Source of the DNA: an uncultured Desulfosarcina sp.
Lineage (GTDB): Bacteria > Desulfobacterota > Desulfobacteria > Desulfobacterales > Desulfosarcinaceae
Assembly (NCBI GenBank): GCA_963674945.2
Contig: CAXXWQ010000004.1
Coordinates: 1,344,001 to 1,408,000 of the forward strand
DNA: 64,000 nt
Direction: 5' to 3'
In this document: piece by piece, positions 17,068 through 26,584 of the stretch
Layout: each line of letters opens with the position of its first letter
Numbering within the stretch: the stretch's first letter is position 1
Position numbers and translations under genes: made by a program
Notes under the pieces: generated by a model
Told to the model about the DNA's origin: nothing
The model's database searches: none
Seen by the model: the letters and a program-made list of their open reading frames with translations, nothing else

Positions 17068-17279
17068 ATGTCCATCCATTAAATTTCTATCCAGAAATAG
17101 GCAAATTTGCTCGAGATCAAGGCGTACGACCAATTTTAGCTCAGGTTGTGCCGCAGGTGCCCCGAAGGAAATGCCCTTGGGGTGCATATGGTTGATATTC
17201 CGAGGATAAAATTTTCCGCGCTACGCCGATATCGGCCAAAGCCAAATATAATTGGCTTGGCCATTTCTGGATGTACATT
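17068..17279. repeat. MITE-like family B copy with extra internal hairpins
   Basis: ATCCAGAAATAGGCAAATTTG...GGCCATTTCTGGAT; aligns with 55717-55845. Confidence 0.8.
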
Positions 17280-17281
17280 TT

Positions 17282-18211
17282 CTATCGCCTGGGGTGCGCC
17301 TTGTCGTACGCAGCCATAAGGCGATCGATGCCCACATGGGTATATTTTTGGGTGGTCGAAAGGCTCTTGTGTCCCAAAAGCTCCTGGACCATCCGAAGGT
17401 CCGCCCCCGCATCCAGCATGTGGGTGGCGAAACTGTGTCGGATGCCATGGGGGGAGATGGGCACCGCCAGGCTGCATTGAGCAACCAGTTTTTCCAGGAT
17501 CCGTGCCACGGATCGACTGCTGAGCCGCCCTTTGTTTTTGTTCAGGAACAACGGGCCGTCTTCCGACATACCGATTCCGGTGCTGGCCGAAAGTCGCTTG
17601 CGGTAATCACGGATTCGCTCCAATGCTCTTCCGCCCACGGGCACGATACGCTGACGTCCCCCCTTTCCCGAGACTCTTATGCAGCCGCTGGAAGAATCCA
17701 CGTCGTAAACGTTCAGTGCTGTCAATTCCGAGACCCGGATACCCGATCCGTAAAGCGTCTCGAAGAGTGCACGGTTTCGCAATCCCAGGACGGTGTCATC
17801 CAGGGTCTGGTCCAGCAGTCGGAACATGTCGTCCACCGACAGATATGCCGGCAGTCGCCGTCCGTATTTGGGTGTCAGGATGGCGGCCGCGGGATCATCG
17901 TCGATCAGCCTGTGCTTGATCAGGTGACGGAAAAAAGAGCGAAGGGTCGACAGCTTTCGGGCAATGGTCGATTTTTCGTTTCTCCCGTGCAAAGAGGCCA
18001 GGTATCCTCGAATTGTCAGTTGGTCGATGGCATCGAGTGTCAATCGACGCGATTCACTTTCGTCGGGTCCGGCAGATTCCATGGCCGCATAGTCGGCGAA
18101 CGCTGTCAGGTCCTGAGCGTATGCGCGGATTGTGTGATCGGAGTACCCCTTTTCCGATGCCAGCGCTGCGAGGAACAGGTCGATCTGTTCGGAAAGCAAA
18201 GGTGGTGTCAT
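17282..18211 (-). CDS. xerC: Tyrosine recombinase XerC
   Basis: YGSGIRVSEL, GKGGRQR, SPHGIRHSFATHML, LLGH...TTQKYTH; upstream of hslVU; TAATG overlap gives the start at 18211. Confidence 0.9.
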   Translation of the reverse strand: MTPPLLSEQIDLFLAALASEKGYSDHTIRAYAQDLTAFADYAAMESAGPDESESRRLTLDAIDQLTIRGYLASLHGRNEKSTIARKLSTLRSFFRHLIKHRLIDDDPAAAILTPKYGRRLPAYLSVDDMFRLLDQTLDDTVLGLRNRALFETLYGSGIRVSELTALNVYDVDSSSGCIRVSGKGGRQRIVPVGGRALERIRDYRKRLSASTGIGMSEDGPLFLNKNKGRLSSRSVARILEKLVAQCSLAVPISPHGIRHSFATHMLDAGADLRMVQELLGHKSLSTTQKYTHVGIDRLMAAYDKAHPRR

Positions 18212-18798
18212 TAAAAATCGATCCACTGTTCCAGTTGCGCCCACGAATCCACCGACAGGTAGTCGTGGGGACGCGAGTTCCACGGCTGATTGAAAACGAT
18301 GGGAGCGATACCGGCCTCTTGAAGCAAATGACAGGTCTCCAGACGATCCTCCATGAACCAATCGATGCCATTTTGCATGAGGACGTCGATCTTGGCGTCG
18401 AAAGCGCCGGTGGCGACAATCTCTGAGTTCTCACGATGCCCGTCCAGAAGTTCTTCGATCCACGGTCCCATGGGCCCAGCGTAATGCCTTGCCGTGATCA
18501 GTAAGATGCGACCGGCAGACCCTCCGATACGCCGCAGCACACGTCCGGCACCGTCCATGGGCTTGAGTATGGGGCGATAGTTGCCATCCATAATCCGGTC
18601 GACGGCACCGGCCATCACCTCCGGGTCCAGATCCAGGCAATCTTCCAACTGGTAATCGGTGATGTCTTCGTAATGCACCGTGTGAACATTGTAGTGTTCG
18701 TGCAAAATATCGATGAATAGCCCCATGGTATCGGCGATGACCCCGTCGATATCGAAGGCGATTTTTCGTGGATCGATTGTTTTTGGTTTAGTTTTCAT
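18211..18798 (-). CDS. HAD-superfamily hydrolase (5'(3')-nucleotidase-like)
   Basis: FDIDGVIADT, ITAR, FMEDR, QPWN. Confidence 0.85.
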   Translation of the reverse strand: MKTKPKTIDPRKIAFDIDGVIADTMGLFIDILHEHYNVHTVHYEDITDYQLEDCLDLDPEVMAGAVDRIMDGNYRPILKPMDGAGRVLRRIGGSAGRILLITARHYAGPMGPWIEELLDGHRENSEIVATGAFDAKIDVLMQNGIDWFMEDRLETCHLLQEAGIAPIVFNQPWNSRPHDYLSVDSWAQLEQWIDF

Positions 18799-18896
18799 AT
18801 GTTAACACCCACAATGGGTCTCCGATACACCCTGCATCCAACGGATCGAAAAAAGTTTTTTATGTAATCCCATTGGACCTCGGGTGTCAATAGCCT

Positions 18897-19676
18897 TTAT
18901 TCATCGGCAATCGGTGCCTTTTCCGCCAATTTCAAAAAGGGACGGAACAGGTCCAGGGGAAGAGGAAAAACGGTGGTGGTATTGTTTTCCGCCGACATCT
19001 CCCGCATGGTCTGCAGATAGCGCAGCTGGATGGCCGTGGGGTAAGCATCGATGATCTTGGCCGCCTGGGCCAGGCGATCGGCGGCCTGGAATTCGCCTTC
19101 CGCGTTGATCACCTTGGCCCGCCTCTCCCTTTCGGCCTCGGCCTGTTTGGCCATGGCCCGCTGCATCTCCTGGGGAAGATCGATGTGTTTGAGCTCCACC
19201 GTGGCCACCTTGATGCCCCACGGATCCGTGTGGGTATCAAGGATTTCCTGCAACTGCGCATTGATCTTCTCACGGGCCGACAACAATTCGTCCAGTTCCG
19301 CCTGGCCGCAAACGCTACGCAAGGTGGTCTGGGCCAGTTGGGAGATGGCGAAGTTGTAATCCTCCACCTCCACGATGGCCTTGATGGGGTCGATCACCCG
19401 AAAATAGATGACGGCATTGACCTTCACCGACACGTTGTCCAGGGTGATCACGTCCTGGGGATCCACGTCCATGGCCACCAGGCGTAAGCTCACCTTGACC
19501 ATCTTGTCGATGACCGGGATGAGGATAATCAGTCCGGGTCCCTTGGCGTTGATCACCCGCCCTAAGCGAAAGATGACGCCCCGTTCATATTCATTCAAGA
19601 TCTTAAGGGCGGCGGACAGGAAAAGGACGATTAAGACGACGATACCGATATAAGGCAGCATGAGCCCCTCCTTCAT
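18897..19676 (-). CDS. SPFH/stomatin-like (slipin) protein
   Basis: [38 protein letters not shown]; follows nfeD. Confidence 0.93.
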   Translation of the reverse strand: MKEGLMLPYIGIVVLIVLFLSAALKILNEYERGVIFRLGRVINAKGPGLIILIPVIDKMVKVSLRLVAMDVDPQDVITLDNVSVKVNAVIYFRVIDPIKAIVEVEDYNFAISQLAQTTLRSVCGQAELDELLSAREKINAQLQEILDTHTDPWGIKVATVELKHIDLPQEMQRAMAKQAEAERERRAKVINAEGEFQAADRLAQAAKIIDAYPTAIQLRYLQTMREMSAENNTTTVFPLPLDLFRPFLKLAEKAPIADE

Positions 19677-19698
19677 CTTACGTTTTTCACATCTATTG

Positions 19699-21018
19699 TT
19701 ATTTTTCCGTTTTCTCCGTATCCGGCGAATCCGCCGTGACCAGCAGGGTCAATCCGTCCACGCCCGTCACCCGAACCCGCTGGCCTTGGGCCAATGGGGC
19801 CGTTGACCGGGCGAACCACAACTCTCCCCCAACCAGAACCGTTCCCTCGGGCAAATCCTCGGAAGCAAAGGGACGCTTGACCATGCCGGTCTTGCCCACC
19901 AGCCCCGAGGCACCGGTCATGGGCCGCCTGCTCCGGGAACGAAAGACCAGTCCTGCGACCACGATAAAAAAACCGCCGACGAAGACGATGGTGGGAATCA
20001 AAACGGTCCAGGAGACGCCCATTTGGCCATCGGTCCGGTCGAAAAGCATCAGGGAGCCCAAAAACAGGCTGGCGATCCCGGCCAGGCTGAGCAATCCGAA
20101 GCTGGCGACTTTCATCTCCAAGATGAAGAAAATGATGGACAGGACAATGAGAAGCAAACCCGCGGTATTCACAGGCAGGGTTTGAAACGAATAGAAGGCG
20201 AGTATCAGGGCGATGCTCCCCACGACACCGGGCAGTATCGTTCCCGGGTGGGAAAGTTCGAAGTAAAGCCCTGCCAGTCCGATCATCATTAAAATATAGG
20301 TGATATTGGGATCGCTGATAACTTTGAGAATTCGTGTTCGCAGGGATTCATCGATCCAGATCCGGTCATCGGGATCGATGTCGATGGCCCCCTTGTCCAG
20401 GATCTGGCGACCGTTGATTTGTTCCAGGAGATCGTCCAGGTCCTTTGCCACCAGATCGATGATTTTCTCATTAAGGGCTTCGGTCTCGGTTACCGAAACG
20501 CTTTCACGAACGGCTTTCTCGGCCCATGTTTCGTTCCGGTTGCGCTTCTGGGCGATGCTCTTCACGAAGGCCACCATGTCGTTGGTCACCTTCTCGGCCA
20601 TGGTTTCGCCCAGTTCCTTTCCTCCGGCGTTCACCGGATGGGCCGCACCGATGTGTGTGCCCGGCGCCATGGCGGCCACATCGGCGGCCATGGTGATCAT
20701 CACGCCCGCCGAAGCGGCCCGTGCTCCGGAAGGAGATACATAGACAACTACGGGAATACGGCTGTTGTAGATGGCCATCACCATCTTGCGCATGGATTCG
20801 GCCAGGCCGCCGGGGGTATCCATCACCACGACCAGACACCCGCCACGCTCCTCATTGGCCCGGTCGATGGCGGAAATCAGAAATTCTGCATTTCCCGGAG
20901 AGATGGGACCGTTGATGCGAACCAGGTGGACCGGAGCGGATGCCCGGACGCTATCGGCCGCGACCACAAATGCGGATAGGACAAAAAACGAGAGAACAAG
21001 GATGCGAAGTTTCATCAT
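19699..21018 (-). CDS. nfeD: NfeD family membrane-bound serine protease
   Basis: DTPGGL, ARAASAG, GAAHPV, C-terminal GELWFA OB fold; likely start ATG 21018. Confidence 0.92.
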   Translation of the reverse strand: MMKLRILVLSFFVLSAFVVAADSVRASAPVHLVRINGPISPGNAEFLISAIDRANEERGGCLVVVMDTPGGLAESMRKMVMAIYNSRIPVVVYVSPSGARAASAGVMITMAADVAAMAPGTHIGAAHPVNAGGKELGETMAEKVTNDMVAFVKSIAQKRNRNETWAEKAVRESVSVTETEALNEKIIDLVAKDLDDLLEQINGRQILDKGAIDIDPDDRIWIDESLRTRILKVISDPNITYILMMIGLAGLYFELSHPGTILPGVVGSIALILAFYSFQTLPVNTAGLLLIVLSIIFFILEMKVASFGLLSLAGIASLFLGSLMLFDRTDGQMGVSWTVLIPTIVFVGGFFIVVAGLVFRSRSRRPMTGASGLVGKTGMVKRPFASEDLPEGTVLVGGELWFARSTAPLAQGQRVRVTGVDGLTLLVTADSPDTEKTEK

Positions 21019-21083
21019 TTTCCCCTTGGCGTACGGGTAAGGGGCTGCAAAAGATGATCCAACCAAATCAGTGTGACTGGGAC

Positions 21084-21785
21084 TCATGCCAGTATCTTCA
21101 TGATTTTCTGGACATCGTTCCACACATCCCGCTTTTTTTCGGGGGACCGAAGCAGGTACGCCGGGTGATAGGTCGGCATCACCGGCAGCCCCATGAAGGT
21201 TTGAAATTGCCCCCGCAATCGAGATACGGGCACCTGGGTCCCCAAAAGGGCCCGGGCGGCGACACTTCCCAGGGTACAGATCACCTTGGGATTGATGGCC
21301 GCGATTTGTCGTTTGATGAAGGGCAGGCATTTTTCGATCTCATCGGGTGTCGGGTTGCGGTTCTCGGGTGGACGGCACTTGACGATGTTGCCGATGTAGA
21401 CCTCTTCGCGGTTGAGATTCATGGCCTGGATGATTTTGGTAAGCAGTTGGCCGGCAGCCCCCACGAAGGGACGGCCGCATCGGTCCTCATCCGCACCCGG
21501 TCCCTCTCCCACGAATATCAGACGCGCCTTCGGATCCCCCTCTCCGAAAACGATGTGGTTTCGCCCCCTACAGAGGGGGCAACGGGTGCACTCTCCCAGA
21601 TCGGCCCTGATGGATGACAAGGATTCGGGACCGGCGGTTCGGGTGGCCGGCAAAGCCGTCAACCGTGCCAGACGATCCAGACACTCGGGATCGCACTCGA
21701 AACCGGTACAACCGATCTGTTTCAGATGAATCAGGCTTTCGCGAATTTGCCGGATCATCCGGACTCGTGGGGACGCCAAGGTCAT
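21084..21785 (-). CDS. Uracil-DNA glycosylase family 4
   Basis: CTRCPLC, GEGPGADED, KCRPPENR, TYHPAYLLR. Confidence 0.93.
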   Translation of the reverse strand: MTLASPRVRMIRQIRESLIHLKQIGCTGFECDPECLDRLARLTALPATRTAGPESLSSIRADLGECTRCPLCRGRNHIVFGEGDPKARLIFVGEGPGADEDRCGRPFVGAAGQLLTKIIQAMNLNREEVYIGNIVKCRPPENRNPTPDEIEKCLPFIKRQIAAINPKVICTLGSVAARALLGTQVPVSRLRGQFQTFMGLPVMPTYHPAYLLRSPEKKRDVWNDVQKIMKILA

Positions 21786-23047
21786 CGATTGACACGCTTT
21801 GACTTTTTCGATCCAGGGGTTTTCCGGCCGGTCCGTGACCTGTCTTTCATGATCGTAACAACGTGATCCAGGATCAAATGGGCCACGGCATCTTTTTCCA
21901 TCACCCCCAGGACCGTCTTATCACCATCGGGAAAAAAGAGGGTGATGCGGTTGGTATCTACGGCGAATCCGGAGTCCGGCTGTCCAACGCGATTGGCCGC
22001 AATCATGTCCAGATGTTTTTCCTTAAGCTTTTTCAGAGCGAATTTTTCCATGTCCTGGGTCTCTGCGGCGAACCCGACAATCACCTGATCCTTTCGCCTT
22101 TCCTTGCCGATGGTCTTCAAGATATCCGTCGTTTTCGTAAGGACCATCTCGACGGTGTCCTCGTCCTTCTTGATTTTGTGGGGTGCGATCTCGAGAGGCC
22201 GGTAATCGGAGACGGCGGCCACCTTTATCACCACATCGGATTGGTCCACCCGATCGAAAACGGCCTGGGCCATGTCATCCACGGTCTCCGTATGGACCAT
22301 CTCAACGTTGATCGGCGGGTCCAAGGCGACCGGCCCGGAGACGAGGGTGACCCGACCACCGCGGTGTTCTGCAGCCCGGGCGATGGCGTATCCCATCTTT
22401 CCCGATGAAGGGTTGCTGATGAATCGGACCGGATCAATGTATTCACGGGTGGGACCGGCTGTCACGAGAATCGCCTTTCCCGCAAGATCCTTGGGTGTGA
22501 CCAATCGGGTGAGGCGATCGACGATATCGGCGGGTTCGGGCAACCTTCCCGGCCCGGTGGTACCGCAGGCCAGTTCCCCCTCACCGGGTGAGAGGATCTG
22601 GCAACCGTCCTGTTCCAACTGCTTCAGATTTCGCCGATGGGCGGGATGCTCGTACATATTGGTATTCATGGAGGGACAGAGTAAAATCGGCGCGGTGACC
22701 GCCAGCATGAAGGTACTTACGGCATCATCGGCGATGCCATGGGCCAGCTTGGCCATCATGTTGGCCGTGGCTGGTGCGATCACCACGGCATGGGCATCTT
22801 CGGCCCATGAGATATGTCGGATCGCCGCATCCTCCTTGTCTTCGAACAGGTCCACACAAACCGGATTGCCGGACAGGACCTCGAAGGTCATGGGGCCAAC
22901 GAAAGAAGTGGCGCTTTTCGTCATGATCACCCGCACCTTGGCCCCTTTTTTTACCAACTGCCGCAAAAGCTCAACGCTCTTATACGCCGCGATGCCGCCG
23001 CACACGCCCAGAACAATGTTTTTTTCTTTCAGCGCACTCGTATTCAT
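21782..23047 (-). CDS. coaBC: Bifunctional phosphopantothenoylcysteine decarboxylase/ligase
   Basis: GGIAAYK, APATAN, TAGPTREYIDPVRFISNPSSGKMG; ATGA overlap at 23044-23047. Confidence 0.96.
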   Translation of the reverse strand: MNTSALKEKNIVLGVCGGIAAYKSVELLRQLVKKGAKVRVIMTKSATSFVGPMTFEVLSGNPVCVDLFEDKEDAAIRHISWAEDAHAVVIAPATANMMAKLAHGIADDAVSTFMLAVTAPILLCPSMNTNMYEHPAHRRNLKQLEQDGCQILSPGEGELACGTTGPGRLPEPADIVDRLTRLVTPKDLAGKAILVTAGPTREYIDPVRFISNPSSGKMGYAIARAAEHRGGRVTLVSGPVALDPPINVEMVHTETVDDMAQAVFDRVDQSDVVIKVAAVSDYRPLEIAPHKIKKDEDTVEMVLTKTTDILKTIGKERRKDQVIVGFAAETQDMEKFALKKLKEKHLDMIAANRVGQPDSGFAVDTNRITLFFPDGDKTVLGVMEKDAVAHLILDHVVTIMKDRSRTGRKTPGSKKSKRVNR

Positions 23048-23349
23048 TTTCTTTCCAATTGAGATAGGCCTTTTCCAATGGGTGTTTGTCCCAAACGTGA
23101 AATGCAGCCAAGCATCCGCTGGGCGATGATCAACCGCACCCACTCCTCTATGGTGCCGGTGATATCCTCCCAATTCCGTTCGTTTTCCGACAGCTTGGCG
23201 ACAACGTCATCCAGACAAGATGAAAGGTCCGTTCGCCGGGGATCCTGCTCCAGCAGGTAGCGATAAATGCGGGCAGCCTCTTCATATCGGCCTTGTTTTG
23301 ACAACAGGTCGGCCATGGTGGCCGTGAAAAATGTCTTGTCCCCGGTCAC
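23044..23349 (-). CDS. Small TPR-like protein
   Basis: TATMADLLSKQGRYEEAARIYRYLL TPR-like pattern; GTG start just after the ftsB stop. Confidence 0.7.
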   Translation of the reverse strand: MTGDKTFFTATMADLLSKQGRYEEAARIYRYLLEQDPRRTDLSSCLDDVVAKLSENERNWEDITGTIEEWVRLIIAQRMLGCISRLGQTPIGKGLSQLERK

Positions 23350-23350
23350 G

Positions 23351-23638
23351 CTACCTCTCCCGAGGCCGCAGTATGACGATATCGTCCTTGCCGACCATTC
23401 CCAATTCATTGCGTGCAATTGTCTCGATGTATTCCGGATCGTTCTTCAACCGGTCGACAATGCGGTACAGGTCGATGTTTTCTCTGGCCAAAGCCTGATT
23501 TTGCCCCGCCATCATTCTTTCCTTGGCCCGAAGCCGGGAAAGTTCGATCAAACCATTGTCCCCGAAGACAATCATCGACAGCACAGTCAGCAGGGCGCAT
23601 GCCGCGCCCACAACCAAAATTTTCTGTCCAAGGTTCAT
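23351..23638 (-). CDS. ftsB: Septum formation initiator (FtsB/DivIC)
   Basis: TM helix, FGDNG, coiled coil, IETIARNELGMV. Confidence 0.85.
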   Translation of the reverse strand: MNLGQKILVVGAACALLTVLSMIVFGDNGLIELSRLRAKERMMAGQNQALARENIDLYRIVDRLKNDPEYIETIARNELGMVGKDDIVILRPRER

Positions 23639-25242
23639 GATCGGTACAGACCCTTTTTGATCATTCCCACCACGACCCGCCATTCTCGAATTTTCAGTAT
23701 CCATGCCGCACAGAAGAAGACGACAATGCCGCCAACGACACCACCCGCGATTGCCGAAAACAACCGCACCGGCCCCCAATACAGATCAGGAGGGATGGTC
23801 AATCTGGCGATGGCCGCCACATACGCCGCCATGATGGCCGATGCAGCCAATGTCTTCATGCAGCTGCCCGCGATGACACGCCAGTGGATCGTCCCCATCT
23901 TCCTTCTTAGCATGAAGACCAATAATCCGAGATTCACCATGGATGCCAAAGAGGTGGCAAGGGCCAGCCCGCAGTGCGCCATCGGCCCCATGAGGATCAC
24001 CCCGAAGACGATATTGGCGATGATGGCCACGGTAGCCGTCATCACCGGTGTTCGTGTATCCTGCATGGCATAAAAAGTGGAAACAACGATTCGCACGGCG
24101 GAAAATGCCCATAGTCCTATAGAATAATACAAAAGCGCATCGGAGGTCAATCGCGTGGTCTGGCGATCGAAGGCGCCGCGCTCGAACAACAGGGCCACAA
24201 TGGGTTCCCGCAGCACGATGAGCCCCACCATCGCCGGAATGGTGACAAACAGCACCAGACTCATGGCATGTCCGAAGGTCTCTCCCATACCGGAGTGATC
24301 GTCGGCCGCAGCTTGCCGGGAGAGACTTGGCAACACCGCAGTGGCCAGTGCCTGGGCGAAGACTCCCAAAGGAAATTGAACCAGTCTGTCGGCGTAATAC
24401 AGGTAGGAAACGCTTCCACCGGGAAGAAAAGAGGCCAAAAGGGTTCCGACGAGGATGTTGATCTGGTAGACTGCCGAACCGAAGATGACCGGCAGCATGA
24501 GAGCACCGATCTGTTTCATGGCCGGGTGCCACAGTCCGGATGACTGATAGAATCGAACGCCGTGACGGAGCAGAAAAGGGAGCTGCAGTCCCAGTTGCAA
24601 GACGCCTCCCAGCAATACACCGCCAGCCAGCCCAAGAACCCGTACGGTCTCGGAATCGGAAAGGCGGGAGACGGCAAGAACGGCACCGATCATGGCCAAA
24701 TTCAACAGCACCGGGGCAATGGCCGGTGCGGCAAAGTGGCCCAATACGTTCAGAATGCCCATGCACAGTGCTACCAGCCCGACGAAGATCACATAGGGGA
24801 ACATGAGCCGCGTTAATGTTACCGTCAGGGTCATCTTTTCCGGCGTATGGAAAAACCCCGGTGCAACCAGGTGAACGATCAGCGGCGCTGCGACGATGCC
24901 GATGACCGAGACCACCGAGAGAAGGATCAGCAGCAATTTCAGACTGGAAACGGCCAGCCCCATGGCGTTCTCGCGACCGTGTTTCACCAGGGTCTGGGTA
25001 AAAACGGGGACGAATGCGATGCTCAAGGATCCCTCTCCGAACAACCGTCGCAGCAGGTTGGGAATCCGAAAGGCGGCGATGAAGGCGTCGGCCGCCATGC
25101 CGGCGCCGAAGAAAGAGGCCAGCACCATATCCCGTACGTAACCGAAGACACGGCTGACCAGTGTCGCGACACCCACGATGCCGGCCGCTCGCGTGACGGA
25201 TTGCCGCTCGCCTACGGCCGGAATGGTGGATGGCGAATTCAC
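23635..25242 (-). CDS. murJ: Lipid II flippase MurJ (MviN)
   Basis: SRVFGYVRD, AFRIPNLLRRLFGEG, YYADRLVQFPLG. Start is GTG 25242 (AAGGAG RBS) or ATG 25278. Confidence 0.95.
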   Translation of the reverse strand: MNSPSTIPAVGERQSVTRAAGIVGVATLVSRVFGYVRDMVLASFFGAGMAADAFIAAFRIPNLLRRLFGEGSLSIAFVPVFTQTLVKHGRENAMGLAVSSLKLLLILLSVVSVIGIVAAPLIVHLVAPGFFHTPEKMTLTVTLTRLMFPYVIFVGLVALCMGILNVLGHFAAPAIAPVLLNLAMIGAVLAVSRLSDSETVRVLGLAGGVLLGGVLQLGLQLPFLLRHGVRFYQSSGLWHPAMKQIGALMLPVIFGSAVYQINILVGTLLASFLPGGSVSYLYYADRLVQFPLGVFAQALATAVLPSLSRQAAADDHSGMGETFGHAMSLVLFVTIPAMVGLIVLREPIVALLFERGAFDRQTTRLTSDALLYYSIGLWAFSAVRIVVSTFYAMQDTRTPVMTATVAIIANIVFGVILMGPMAHCGLALATSLASMVNLGLLVFMLRRKMGTIHWRVIAGSCMKTLAASAIMAAYVAAIARLTIPPDLYWGPVRLFSAIAGGVVGGIVVFFCAAWILKIREWRVVVGMIKKGLYRS

Positions 25243-25535
25243 GGGAAGATGACTCCTTGGCCGTGGGGGGGAATACATGGCAGCCGCATTCGCATCGATC
25301 TGATTTGTTCACGGGTTTGTTCGCGGGCATGGCCCACTCCTACATCAATCAGTGGATTGGTTATTCGTCTCTTTTTGCAGGAGTTGGCCGTGCCGGGGAT
25401 AACGAATTTGAATATCGGATGCCAATTACGGTTAAACCGGTACAGAATCGTTTTTTCCTTGACTTGTCGAAGGAGTTTCGCTATCAGGAAGTTTTGCAAT
25501 TTTTCCAATTTATATGCCGAAAGGAGTCATAGAAG

Positions 25536-25796
25536 GTGGCCAACCATAAATCAGCATTGAAACGCGCCGGTCAGAGTCAACGCCGACGCATGCGGAACAA
25601 GGCAGTCCAAACCCGGGTAAAAAACGTCGTAAAGGATGTACGGCTTGCCGTAACACAAGGCGCTGAAGACGCCACCGACCGTCTCAACCAAGCCAAGTCC
25701 GTCATCGACAACGCGGCCAAAAAAGGCGTACTTCACAAAAAAACCGCCTCCCGGAAGATCTCTCGCCTGGCAAAGCAGGTTAACGACCTTTCATAG
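25536..25796 (+). CDS. rpsT: 30S ribosomal protein S20
   Basis: [10 protein letters not shown]...[16 protein letters not shown]. Confidence 0.97.
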   Translation: MANHKSALKRAGQSQRRRMRNKAVQTRVKNVVKDVRLAVTQGAEDATDRLNQAKSVIDNAAKKGVLHKKTASRKISRLAKQVNDLS

Positions 25797-25900
25797 TGTA
25801 GCATAGTTTCGACAGACCTCTTCGCCTGCCCTTGAAAGACGGATACGACGGACGCGCCAATGTCTCTCTTGCATCGTGCGAAAGGCATGGCAGACGCCAA

Positions 25901-26425
25901 TCAGAAGTCATCCGTCAATCGCGTGAAGGCGGACTCAGCCATTTTTCTGGAAAGCACGGCAACGGCATCGGACTTGTTCTGATCCGTTGCCGTCTTATCG
26001 TCTACTACCACCCTGTAGGCCTCACGCTCCACAATCGCACCCGAATTCCAAAGTATCCGACCGTCCGGTGATTCCAAGCGCAACTGCATCGTGCCGGTTA
26101 CCCGCCGCTCCACCGCCGTCGAAACGGTGGCCCGTGAGATGTTTTCTACGGCCAATGAAACGACGGTGCCGGTCAGGATGCCATCGGCCGAGGCGCGATC
26201 CGGAGCCAGGCTTTCCTTTCGGCTCCGGGTGAATTCATAGATCAGATCGTTGGTGAAAGTGCTCTCCACACCCGTCTCCGAAGTCCGGTTCTCCAGGATC
26301 GTGACATAAACCCGCGTCACGCCGGCGGGCAGGTGCCCGCCACCGGCGAAATGGTAGCCGCAGCTGCATAACAACGATAGTGGGATTACAGCCAAGCAAA
26401 AGGATATCGATAATCGTTTCACCAA
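25901..26425 (-). CDS. lptE: LPS-assembly lipoprotein LptE
   Basis: Lipobox LCSCGYHF; conserved position downstream of leuS. Confidence 0.85.
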   Translation of the reverse strand: MVKRLSISFCLAVIPLSLLCSCGYHFAGGGHLPAGVTRVYVTILENRTSETGVESTFTNDLIYEFTRSRKESLAPDRASADGILTGTVVSLAVENISRATVSTAVERRVTGTMQLRLESPDGRILWNSGAIVEREAYRVVVDDKTATDQNKSDAVAVLSRKMAESAFTRLTDDF

Positions 26426-26441
26426 AGTTCCAATAAAAAAG

Positions 26442-26572
26442 AGTGTTAAGTGTTAAGTTCTAAGTGATTAAGTTGAGGAATTCTATCGATTATAGACTAG
26501 GATCCATGCCGGGAGTATAAAATCGATCCCCATCCTTCCCTCAACACTTAACACTTCGAACTTAATACTTTA
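26442..26572. repeat. Heptamer-armed palindromic element (family C, copy 2)
   Basis: AGTGTTAAGTGTTAAGTTCTAAGTGATTAAG...CAACACTTAACACTTCGAACTTAATACT; alignable with 14033-14149. Confidence 0.8.
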
Positions 26573-26584
26573 TTTATATAACAA

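Noticed and set aside
17282..18211. Tyrosine recombinase as the integrase of the left-hand element
   Set aside because: Size, motifs and position upstream of hslVU fit housekeeping XerC; it lies 11 kb from the element.
23786..25330. 514-aa alternate-frame ORF over murJ
   Set aside because: Arg/Gly/His-rich frame-shifted translation of murJ, typical of GC-rich DNA.
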